NCBI RefSeq assembly: GCF_006345805.1
Contig: NC_043001.1
Span: forward strand, 14,012,001-14,076,000
Direction of reading: 5' to 3'
DNA: 64,000 bases
Source: Octopus sinensis
Taxonomy: Eukaryota
Position 1 is the first letter of the stretch. Every line of letters starts with the position of its first letter. Below, one piece after another: positions 37,582-49,181 of the stretch. Below the pieces are notes generated by a model. That model saw only the letters and a program-made list of their open reading frames with translations, was not told where the DNA came from and made no database searches. A program made the translations under genes and the position numbers.

Positions 37582-38260
37582 AGTCTCGTTTAGGGAATGC
37601 GTGGGCTAAGACTACGCGCCCTCCATTGGTCAGTTAAAGTTTAGACAGTGTCACAGGACAACTTGCTGGGGTTGCCTGCTGGAGCCTAGCAGCGAGTATT
37701 TAAAGGGAAATTTGATAAGGGAGTCAGTCGCCCGCTGACACTCGTTGACGCTACATCGAAGAGGCCAGGGAACAGAAGAAAGGAGAAAGAAGATATGCAC
37801 TCAACACCAGAGCTGAAGACACCTCCGAAAGGGGGGCCCGCCACGTTAGAAATGCTAGAGGAGTAGGGGCCGAAACCGGACGTGGTTCCTCCTGATGATG
37901 TCTTGAGCTAACTGGATCCTATAAAGGAGCTGTTGTGGTAGCAGACCACGAAACATGGTTGAAATTCCTCTTCTTCCTTATTAGCTATTTGCTTAATAAT
38001 AACCTAGCCAAATTCTTTGCACACGAGATATATTACTTTCTTCATTCGCCCGTAGACTTTTTTAACCGTTATTTGCCAATCAAAATGTTTTGAACACCCA
38101 CCAGTCAGAACTTCCTACAACATATGGCTGCAAAATCCTTTATCCTGCCGTCATCATCCATTTTCTATTATCACTCGGTACATTTTATGACTATGCCAAC
38201 AAGATATTTATGCGTTACTTGGCGAAACTGCTGCAGGTTGCCACATCATCATAGATTACT

Positions 38261-38605
38261 AGAATTGGAATTTCTGAAAAGTAAAAATTCTGTATAATGT
38301 AGCTTGTTTTTCTCTTTAAGTGAACATTTTTCTGGTTGAAATAGACCGAAAAATGGCGGCACAACAGTCAAAAAGTCGTTAAAAAATAGGGATTTTCATA
38401 GAAAAAAAGCACCTTTTTGATGTAAATAATATTTGGTGTTAACATGGTCCGATATGAATTTTTTCTTCTACGGAAGGAAGAGTAAGCCTTCTTCTATTAT
38501 GCCCTCAATTTTGGTCAACTTGCGCCGCAGGGTCTCAGAGGAGATAGTGTTAGTTGAAAGCTACCAAACCTGCCATACACAGACAACTTCAGTTTTATAT
38601 ATAGA
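38261..38605 (-). mobile_element. Helitron H2 lacking its 3' terminus
   Basis: Homologous to 14000-14345. Confidence 0.8.
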
Positions 38606-38921
38606 GGTTTGGAAGATATTGGTGCTCAACAGATTGAAAGAATCAAAAGTGAAGCAATGACATACACAGCTGTTTGGCCACGACGAAATTGCCAAGCTAT
38701 GGAATGAACGTCCTCGATGTTTCAATGTATATGAAGGCATTTTAAACCCTTTGGAGCTTTGAAGGTTCAATAGTTTAACTGTTCTCTATTCAAAACCATT
38801 TTTGCTACTTCAAGACAAAACAGTGACGTGTATCGACATCAGTGTCCCCATACAAAACTGCAGATAAAAGGAGATAGACATCGACAATTATTTCATACAC
38901 TGTATGTATTGAGGCATGGAA

Positions 38922-39141
38922 GGCGGTGAGCTGGCAGAAACGTTAGCACTCCGGGCGAAATGCGTAGCCGTATTTCGTTCTGAGTTCAAATTCCGCCGAG
39001 GTCGACTTTGACTTTCATCCTTTCGGGGTCGATAAATTAAGTACCAGTTACGCACTGGGGTCTATGCAATCGACTTAATCCCTTTGTCTGTCCTTGTTTG
39101 TCCCCTCTGTGTTTAGCCCCTTGTGGGCAATAAAGAAATAA
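38922..39141 (+). mobile_element. SINE-B monomer
   Basis: Head and tail 1. Confidence 0.9.
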
Positions 39142-39564
39142 GATTATTACCTGTATAAGCACGTTTGAATAAGAAATTCGTAAGTCTCCAAAAGGTGTAG
39201 AAATGACTTAAGTATTCCTGCAAAGAAAACTTTACAAGTTTACAAAGGGACTTTGGACCCGTCGCCACTATTCTAATGTACTTCATAGAATATTTCAAAC
39301 TGTGTATTAGGGAAAAGTACATCACAAAGCAATAGAATTTTGTTGGAAAGAATGGTTATTGATACAGAAGTTGTTTTGCTTGAAACGTTTTGTCTATAAA
39401 ATATAAATGACGGCAGTGTTTTCTCGTAGACACAGCAGACATTGGGGTTGAACAATTTTATGGCTCTCGGAACAAAAACAAAACAGAAAAACGATGCAAG
39501 GAAGAGAGAGATTTTTTTCATAGTTGTTAAGCATCTTTGACATGAATTTCTTCAGGATAAATAG

Positions 39565-39954
39565 AGAGCGATAGAGAGACAGACAGAAAGAGAGAGAGAG
39601 ACAGACAGACAGACAGGAAGAGAGATAGACAGACAGACGGAAAGAGAGAACGATAGAAAGAGAGAAGGAGAGATGGGTAGGCAGACAGACAGAAAGATAG
39701 ACAGACAGAGAGCTAGACAGACAAACAGAAAGAGAGATAGATAGACAGGCAAACAGAAAGAGAGACAGACAGACAGAAAGAGAGACAAGCAAACAGAAAG
39801 AGAGACAGACAGAAAGAGAGACAGACAGACAGACAGAGAGATAGATAGGTACACAAAGAGATAGATAGACAGAGAGATAGACAGACATATATAGAGAGAG
39901 TGAGAGTGAGACAGATAGATAGAAAGAGAGATAGATAGAAAGAGAGAGTTAGCT

Positions 39955-40021
<67 letters not shown>

Positions 40022-40120
40022 AAGAGAGAGTTAGATAGTGAGATAGAGAGAGAACTTTATTGGCCAAAGATAGAGAGACAGATAGAGAGATAGACAGATA
40101 CAGAGATAGATTGAAAGATA
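39565..40120. repeat. Compound (GA/GACA/GATA)n microsatellite
   Basis: Direct inspection. Confidence 0.9.
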
Positions 40121-40651
40121 GATTTTTAACGTTTTTTTTTTTTTTAATGCGGGAAATTGTCATTACACCGGAGAACGTCTGAGCTAATTTTCAATTAATA
40201 GACCCTAAGGGATCCTTGAGCTAAATATAACGATTTTTTATCCGCCTGGTAGCAGTAATTACACTAAGGCACCAGATTGTTAATGAGATCAGCCAGTGTA
40301 TATTGCAGAAACCAGAGTGTCCTGCAGAAATATTGAAATTACGATCTGCTGAAATCACAATTTTCATAAAAGCAACACTTCAGTGATTTCAAATATTGAT
40401 TTCTTCCGACTAACCACAATGGGGGTCTTTGGGAAAGAATAGCAAGCCAATCAGCATTAGTTTATTAGAAGCCAATGAGGGAACCTCTACGCGTTCGCAT
40501 GAGTTGCTAGAAGTCGTGAATAATTTCCCTTAAACACCCACCATGCTATCTTAAAAGCAGAAAGACGCATTGTATAATATAGATTAAGATGCTACATGGC
40601 CAGAAGAGAAAGACTGATGTTCGATGATAAATCTATTGAAACCTTCATTAT

Positions 40652-40954
40652 GTTTGTTCCTTCTCGAGCCATTCCTGCCTCCTAAGGGCCGGTTTCCCGG
40701 TTTCCTTGGCATATAGGTTCCCAACCTGGACGGGACGCCGGTCCGTCGCAGGTGAGCTGCAAGATGCAGGAGGAAAGAGTGAGAGAGAGTTGTGGCGAAA
40801 TAGTCAGCAGAAGTTCGCCATTACCTTCTGCCGGAGCCGCGTGGAGCTTAGGTGTTTCGCTCATAAACACACACATCGCCCGGTCTGAGATTCGAACCCG
40901 CGATCCCTCGACCACGAGTCCGCTGCTCTAACTACTAGGCCATGTGTCTCCACA
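40652..40954 (-). mobile_element. SINE-C-like head with third tail T3
   Basis: Tail contains tgcgacggaccggcgtcccgtccagg, resembling the V-SINE central domain. Confidence 0.7.
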
Positions 40955-41019
40955 TTAGGCCCAACAGAATTCATTTTATTACCTCCTCTCAAAGAATTTA
41001 ATTTTATTACCGCCTCTAA

Positions 41020-41115
41020 AGAAAGAAAGAAAGAAAAAAAGAAAGAAAAAAGAAAGAAAAAAAGAAAAAAGAAGAAAAAAAGAAAGAAAGAAGGAAGGAA
41101 GGAAGGAAAGAAAGT

Positions 41116-41188
<73 letters not shown>

Positions 41189-41292
41189 TACATACATACA
41201 TACATACATACATACATACATACATACATACATACATACATACATACATACATACATACATACATACATACATACATACATACATACATACA
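41020..41292. repeat. Compound (GAAA)/(CA)/(TACA)n microsatellite
   Basis: Direct inspection. Confidence 0.95.
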
Positions 41293-41699
41293 GAAAATAC
41301 AGTTGGATCTTACTCATAATGCATTGTGTATAAACTCTATACTTGGAATGAACAATTTTAAATGCTGTTGGATTTTTCCCATAAGGTACTGGAATTTGAC
41401 ATATATACCATTCTGCCTAAAAATGGATCTTCAAATTCAATATCCCTACATATCTCACATCTATTTTCTTTCCTTCACCTCACTCTCTATTTTGTATCCC
41501 ATCTAAATTAACTATTACTTAACCATCCTCTCACACCGTCTCCCATGAAGGGATATAATTAATAAATATCCTTGAAACAGCTGTAAGACCTATCTATAAA
41601 TGTTCTAATATCAGCACAGCCTTGGATTTTTATCTCATTACGCAATATATATATTTATTAGCTATGGTATATTCCGTAAGGAACGTGGCAGAGTACAGT

Positions 41700-41887
41700 A
41701 TAAAGTTTATATATATATATAAATAAATGAAAGAATGGAGTTGAAAAAAAACAAACAAATTTCCACACGATAGCACGTGATCTCTGCCCTGGGCATGTAG
41801 TTTCAACCGTGTTTCTCTGACGTGAATTTGCTACCCAGGTATCGGTTAACCGAATTATCCATAATAAGATAATTCATTCAACTACTC

Positions 41888-41890
<3 letters not shown>
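41700..41890 (-). repeat. Family G copy
   Basis: Reverse-complement match to 18935-19115. Confidence 0.7.
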
Positions 41891-41927
<37 letters not shown>

Positions 41928-42112
41928 TGGCAGAATACAGCACAAACTTCGTCACATGTCATAAACCTAATATATATATTGATATTATTATTGTTGTTAA
42001 CTGCGGTAAACATAAAATATTGATAAAAGCAACAATAATATAGATGGTTTCAGACGTTAGCGTTAGATAGCTAAAGAATTAAGGTTTCTATTTACTAGAA
42101 GGGCACATGCGG

Positions 42113-42365
42113 TACCTGTCTGCTAGAAAGTGGAGTAAAAACCTCCAGATAAACCACCAATAACACTGAAAATATATAACAGAGAACAACAGTAATCGGA
42201 CAAACGGGTAAAGAACTTAGACATATCAATACAGCTGAATGCTATATGGAATGGCATTTGGACACACTTGTATCATGATTTCAAGTTGTGTCGAAAAAGT
42301 CTGAACTCTCTTCAGCAAGTTTTACAAAGTGAAAACAATCAACTCCACTTTCTAGCGGATAGGCA
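42113..42365. mobile_element. MITE with a perfect 15-bp TIR core (gctagaaagtggagt)
   Basis: 42122-42136 versus 42342-42356; an inverted partial copy lies at 42930-43160. Confidence 0.7.
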
Positions 42366-42476
42366 TATATATATGATTAATATAAATTTTAATTCTATAG
42401 CTATCTGACGCTATTTAACGCCAGCAACCAAACATTTTATTGTTGTTGTTATTATTAATTATTTATATTTACTGCA

Positions 42477-42477
<1 letters not shown>

Positions 42478-42513
<36 letters not shown>

Positions 42514-42699
42514 TTAATAATGATAATAATAATAATAATAATAATGATAATACTTATAATAATAATAATAATAATAATAATGATAATACTTATAATAATA
42601 ATAATAATAATAATAATAGTGATAATAATAATAATAATAATAATAGTGATAATAATAATAATAATAATAGTGATAATAATAATAATAATAATAATAATA

Positions 42700-42730
<31 letters not shown>

Positions 42731-42764
42731 TATAATAATAGTGATAATAATAATAATAATAGTG

Positions 42765-42815
<51 letters not shown>
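42478..42815. repeat. (AAT)n microsatellite, ~340 bp, interrupted
   Basis: Direct inspection. Confidence 0.95.
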
Positions 42816-42929
42816 TCTATATAAGTGTTCGCATTTGAATATTTACTCACTAATATGCTTACTCTTAGGCTGTTCTGATTTTGGCGCCAAACAATTCAGA
42901 ACGCCAGCAGACTTCAACGTGATGAGTTG

Positions 42930-43160
42930 AAGTGTTTCACTTGGTAAAACTCGCTGAGGAGGTTTAAGGATTTTTCGCCAGAACTCGAAATAACGATACA
43001 AGTGTATCCAAATGCCAGACTATATAGCATTTACCTGTGCTGGTATGTCTAAATATTTTACACGTTCGTCCCACTACTGTTGTTTTCTGTTGTATTTTCT
43101 GAGTTATTGGTGGTTTATCTCAGGGATTTCGATACCACTTTCTAGCTGGTAGGCGCCTCG
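42930..43160 (-). mobile_element. Partial inverted copy of the 42113 MITE
   Basis: About 230 bp alignable by eye; one TIR (accactttctagc). Confidence 0.65.
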
Positions 43161-43174
43161 TGCGCCATTATGAG

Positions 43175-43242
<68 letters not shown>

Positions 43243-43277
43243 TGTTTGTGTGAGTGTAAATATATGTATGTATGTGT

Positions 43278-43319
<42 letters not shown>

Positions 43320-43372
43320 GTGTGTGTGTGTGTGTGTGTGTGTTTGTGTGAGTGTGTATATATATATAAATA

Positions 43373-43412
<40 letters not shown>

Positions 43413-43620
43413 CATATGTATGCATATATTTATGTATATATGTGTATATATATAGATATATACATATATATGTATGTAAGTATGTATGTGTATATATATG
43501 TTATATGAATATATATATGTATACACACATATATGTATACATATATATGTATATGTATGTAAATTATATATATACAATTCTATATATGTATGTGTATTAT
43601 ATATATACATTATATATATC
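43175..43620. repeat. Compound (TA/TG) microsatellite
   Basis: Direct inspection. Confidence 0.9.
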
Positions 43621-43783
43621 AAGTACATGCCGTCAGTAATTATTCAGGGTAGGCAGTTGGTGACCTTTATGTAGTAAAACACATAAAAACAAGCGAAATA
43701 CAGGCACGCGACTGACTTGGAGGCATATTTACTGGGTAGGCAAGGTAGGCACTGCTTAGCTTGCCTGCCCAGGTGGCACATCC

Positions 43784-43786
<3 letters not shown>

Positions 43787-43835
<49 letters not shown>

Positions 43836-44321
43836 TCTAGTTGTGTAAGTGTCTGTCCCCTTCGATTTAGATTCCTAACTCCTCCCATTTTGCGGTGCAG
43901 TTTAACCAAATTCGGGTATCTTATAGTCGTGATTCATATCGAGTCCGTCTGACTATTAGCGCGCGTCAACGATGAGTCTACGATTTTAAAAATAATTTAA
44001 CATCATTTTTTATTCCATTTTATGCATAAAATGCATCGTATGTCGATGGCGGCGGAGTTGGCGTCCACGCTCACAGCTGCACCTGTTTGCTTCTCCCCCT
44101 TCCCTCCCTCGTGAAGCTGTGGGGAAGGGAGTGTAAAGAAATCAACGTCGTAATGCGTTGTGAAGGAAACCAGCGTTCTTTTAGAACAACGACTTCATGG
44201 CTTGAAGACACCAAAACAAAAATGGCTAAGAAAGCCCGAATTTATAAGGGAAGTAACTCTCTAAAAATGCTTATATAGTTATTTCCCTTACAACCCGAGC
44301 AACGCCGGGCGATACTGCTAG
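43787..44321 (+). mobile_element. Helitron H1-related, long variant, copy 1
   Basis: H1 5' and 3' sequences, ends gatactgctag|t; extra ~200-bp GC-rich interior. Confidence 0.85.
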
Positions 44322-44820
44322 TATATATATAAAACTGTAGTTGTGTGAGTGTCTGTCCCCTTCGATTTAGATTCCTACCTCCCACATTTTGCGGTGCAGT
44401 TTAACCAAATTCGGGTATCTTATAGTCGTGATTCATATCGAGCCTGTCTGGCTATTAGCGCGCGTCTACGATGAGTCTACGATTTTAAAAATAATTTAAC
44501 ATCATTTTTTATTCCATTTTAATGCATAATTTTTCGTGTGTCGATGGCGGCGGAGTTGGCGTCCACGCTCAAACACCTGCACCTGTTTGCTTCTCCCCCT
44601 TCTTCCCGCCCTCGTGAAGTTGTGGGGAAGGGAGTGTAAAGAAATCAACGTCGTAATGCGTTGTCAAGGAGACCAGCGTTCTTTTAGAACAACTTCATGG
44701 CTTGAAGACACCAAAACAGAAATGGCTAAGAAAGCCCGAATATAAGGGAAGTAACTCTCTAAAAATGCTTATATAGTTATTTCCCTTACAAACCCGAGCA
44801 ACGCCGGGCGATACTGCTAG
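44322..44820 (+). mobile_element. Helitron H1-related, long variant, copy 2 (head-to-tail)
   Basis: Slightly diverged tandem copy. Confidence 0.85.
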
Positions 44821-45269
44821 TATTATATAATCCTATTTCGGGTTATCATTTATTCGTTTATCATCTTATTTTCCTTCACACACACACACACACACACATA
44901 TATATTTGCTAATTTTTATTTCTCTTCTAGGGTAGGAATAAAAAGGATACTTCCTCTAAGGGTTGCTTATCAACCTACCACCGCCAGCGTATTATTCGGC
45001 CTGTGGATAAAATAAGGGGTATAAAAAGAACCAGAATTTGTTATTCGAGTTACTTGTTTATAGAATATTGAAGGACATTTCAAGATGGTGTCAGGTATTT
45101 TGCATCTCTGGCAGTTTCTGTGATTATAAGAACTGCTGATTTGTAATATTGGCATCAAATTACCATATAAATGATATTCAAGAATAAATTGATGAATTAG
45201 CATTTAAAAAAGTAGTCGGATAGAATTACGTTCAGCGGAACAATAAAATATCACTGAGAGGAATGTCAT

Positions 45270-46356
45270 TAGTCGTCGTCATCATCATCATCGTTATTAT
45301 TGTAGTCGTTGTCATCGTCATCAGCAACAGAAACGTCGTCGCTGTCACGATCTTCATTATCGTCAACATCATCACCATCATCATTACCGATATCATCATC
45401 ATCAACACCGATATCACCATCATCATCATCATCGATATCATCATCAGCGATATCATCATCATCATCACCGATATCATCATCACCGATATCATCATCATCA
45501 TCATCACCGACATCACCATCACCGATATCATCATCATCATCACCACCGACATCACCATCACCGATATCACCATCACCGATATCATCATTACCGATATCAT
45601 CATCACCATCACCGATATCATCATCACCGATATCATCTGCGATATTATCATCATCGATATCATCAGCATCGATATCATCGTCACTGATATCATCAGCGAT
45701 ATCATCATCATAGGTATCATCAGCGATATCATTATCATCGATATCATCATCACCGATATCATCATCATAGATATCATCAGCGATATCATTATCATCGATA
45801 TCATCATCATCGATATCATCACCGATATAATCATCACCGATATCATCACCGATATCATCATCACCGATATCATCATCGATATCATCAGCGATATCATCAT
45901 CACCGATATCATCAGTGATATTATCATCATCGATATCATCACCGATACCATCATCACCGATACCATCATCACCGATATCATCATCAGCGATATCATCATC
46001 ACCGATATTATCATCATCGATATCATCAACGATATCATCATCACCGATATCATCATCATCGATATCATCTGCCATATTATCATCATCGATATCATCAACG
46101 ATATCACCATCGATATCATCATCGATATCATCATCACCGATATCATCATCGATATCATCATCGATATCATCACCGACACCATCACCGATACCATCATCAC
46201 CGATACCATCATCAGCGATGCCATCATCAGCGATGCCATCATCAGCGATGCCATCATCAGCGATATCATCATCACCGATGTCACTATCAGCGATATCATC
46301 ATCAGCGATATCATCATCAGCGATATCATCATCAGCGATATCATCATCAACATCAT
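45270..46356. repeat. (ATC/GAT)n-derived cryptic minisatellite, ~1.1 kb
   Basis: Variant units atc-atc-acc/agc-gat; indels appear to be multiples of 3. Confidence 0.95.
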
Positions 46357-47109
46357 GGATAGTAAGTATTGAGTTTTAACATGAGTGAAACCAAAAGCGT
46401 ATATGTCGATGCATGCGTGCGTGTGTGTGTGTGTATGAATGTGTATGATTTCGTATGTATGCGTGTATATCTACATATATGTATATATATTTATTTATGT
46501 ATATATATAAATGTATAAATATATATTGTAGACACACACACACACACACAGTGGTATGCTTGATTTAATGTCCGCAGTACCTGACAGGTGCTTATAATTC
46601 GTAATGTAGATATAAAAGTTGTAAAAATACACATTAACAATGTGATTTATAGCATTCTGAATATTGTTATCTTACTATTTTAAAACTAGTTCTGATATCT
46701 GCGCATTTAAAACTAAGTTACTTCGACAAGTTTGCATGATATTTCATAGCGAGACTCTTCTTTAATATTCGTACGAACGACCCCCGCCAAAGAACTTAGG
46801 CAGACAGGCATTTAAAAAGAAGAATATGTCTTTAATATATATTGTAGTTGATTTGTTGTTTAGTTCCAAAATTGTCCTTCCCCGATCGAATAGACGGACT
46901 CAGTATCCCCCCTTTTTTATACATACGTAATTAGATGTAACCTACAGTGCTTTGAACATGAAATATGATGTGGCGGAGAATTGGCATCTGTTTTAGACTA
47001 CTCAAAAGACCAAATAGAGACGACTTTGGCTTCCTGTTGTGAATGACAAACGCTGGCACCTATCTAGACAGAGACAGACAGACAGATAGATATGCATACA
47101 TTTATATTA

Positions 47110-47365
47110 TATTATATATATAATATACATACATATATATACATACATACATACATATATATACATACATACATACATATACATACATATATATACATAC
47201 ATACATATATATACATACATACATACATATACATACATACATACATACATACATATACATACATACATATATATACATACATATACATACATACATATAT
47301 ATACATACATACATATACATACATACATACATATACATACATATATATACATACATACATACATA

Positions 47366-47397
<32 letters not shown>

Positions 47398-47495
47398 CAT
47401 ACATACATACATATACATACATATATATACATACATACATACATATACATACATACATACACATACATACATATACATACATACATACATATATA

Positions 47496-47527
<32 letters not shown>

Positions 47528-47723
47528 CATACATATACATACATACATACATATACATACATACATACATATATATACATACATACATACATATACATAC
47601 ATACATACATACATATATATACATACATACATACATATATATACATACATACATACATATACATACATACATACATACATATACATACATACATATACAT
47701 ACATACATACATATATATATATA
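47110..47723. repeat. (TACA)n/(TA)n compound microsatellite, ~600 bp
   Basis: Direct inspection. Confidence 0.95.
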
Positions 47724-48123
47724 GGCGCAGGAGTGGCTGTGTGGTAAGTAGCTTGTTTACCAACCACATGGTTCCGGGTTCAGTCCCACTGCGTGGCACC
47801 TTGGGCAAGTGTCTTCTACTATAGCCTCGGGCCGACCAAAGCCTTGTGAGTGGGTTTGGTAGAAGGAAACTGAAAGAAGCCCGTCGTATATATGTATACA
47901 TATATATGTGTGTGTGTGTTTGTGTGTCTGTGTTTGTCCCCCTAGCATTGCTTGACAACCGATGCTGGTGTGTTTATGTCCCCGTTACTTAGCGGTTCGG
48001 CAAAAAGAGACCGATAGAATAAGTACTGGGCTTACAAAAGAATGAGTCCTGGGATCGAGTTGCTCGATTAAAGGCGGTGCTCCAGCATGGCCGCAGTCAA
48101 ATGACTGAAACAAGTAAAAGAGT
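47724..48123 (+). mobile_element. SINE-A, full length
   Basis: Head and tail. Confidence 0.92.
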
Positions 48124-48830
48124 ATATATACATATATACATATGCATACATATATACATACATATATACATATACATACATATATACATATACATACATA
48201 TATACATATACATACATATATACATATACATACATATATACATATACACATATATATACATATACACATATACATACGAGGAGTATCAACTATTTCCGTA
48301 TATATTATCTACTCCGATGAATATAGTTTTTTCTCTTTTTATAGTTGCATATCAATTCCAAAGCGTCTGCATTTATTAAACACTAACGTTTTGACTTTTG
48401 AAGACAGATGTTGATTATCAAGGAGGTCCAGTATATTTCTTTCCTCTTCAAAGTGACAGTCGTCTGCTTAATTTCAGGTTTATTAATCTTGATCTTTCCA
48501 GAATTTCTCACATATAATCCGAAGCCATTTACTAATTTCAAGATGTCGTCGAAAATCGGAATGTCATCATTAAAGGGAAATAATTCACTGTTCCACAGGA
48601 TGAGGTATTTGCTTAGACGGGAAAGAAAAACTTAAAGAAATATCTTTTCAAAATATTTGTCTGTTGTTTCATAACACATGGAGATAAGCATGGCCTGAAG
48701 ATCGTGGCTGTGAAACAAATGATAGCCCATTCCATAGTTTAATATCTATTGCTTTATAAATACAAGCATAATGCACTTCATCTTTGTATCGAATGGTATA
48801 TACTTTTTATTATATTACAATGTAATATAT

Positions 48831-48874
<44 letters not shown>

Positions 48875-48951
48875 GGAGTAAACACATAAATGGGAAACAA
48901 GGTGGAAAAAAGAGTACTCAAATACCAGTGGTAGAGTAATATGCTTTATTT

Positions 48952-49093
48952 AAAGCAGCAGAAAATTCAACAAAACCTGTTACTCTGAGTTTCCCGTTGC
49001 CGTTCATCGAACAGTTTTTTCTAGCAAAAACTGTCCGATGAACGGCAACGGGAAACTCAGAGTAACAGGTTTTGTTGAATTTTCTGCTGCTTT
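48952..49093. repeat. Near-perfect palindrome with ~69-bp arms
   Basis: 1 mismatch; loop about ctagc (49021-49025). Confidence 0.95.
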
Positions 49094-49101
49094 GTGTGTC
49101 T

Positions 49102-49179
<78 letters not shown>

Positions 49180-49181
<2 letters not shown>

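Noticed and set aside
40447-40476. Two CCAAT boxes 25 bp apart as a promoter
   Set aside because: No downstream gene or other promoter evidence; likely inside an old repeat.
44931-45070. Strong acceptor followed by a 46-codon open frame
   Set aside because: No donor or recognisable protein; consistent with chance.
47092-47958. Long ORFs (200-280 aa; YIHT/MYVC repeats) and similar ORFs at 27195-28100, 39394-40163, 40861-41317, 42520-42850 and 43160-43674
   Set aside because: Direct translations of simple repeats that lack stop codons; no coding signal.
48380-48630. ~80-codon minus-strand open frame (LSKYLILWNSELFPFNDD...)
   Set aside because: No recognisable homology and weak splice context; cannot be supported without a search.
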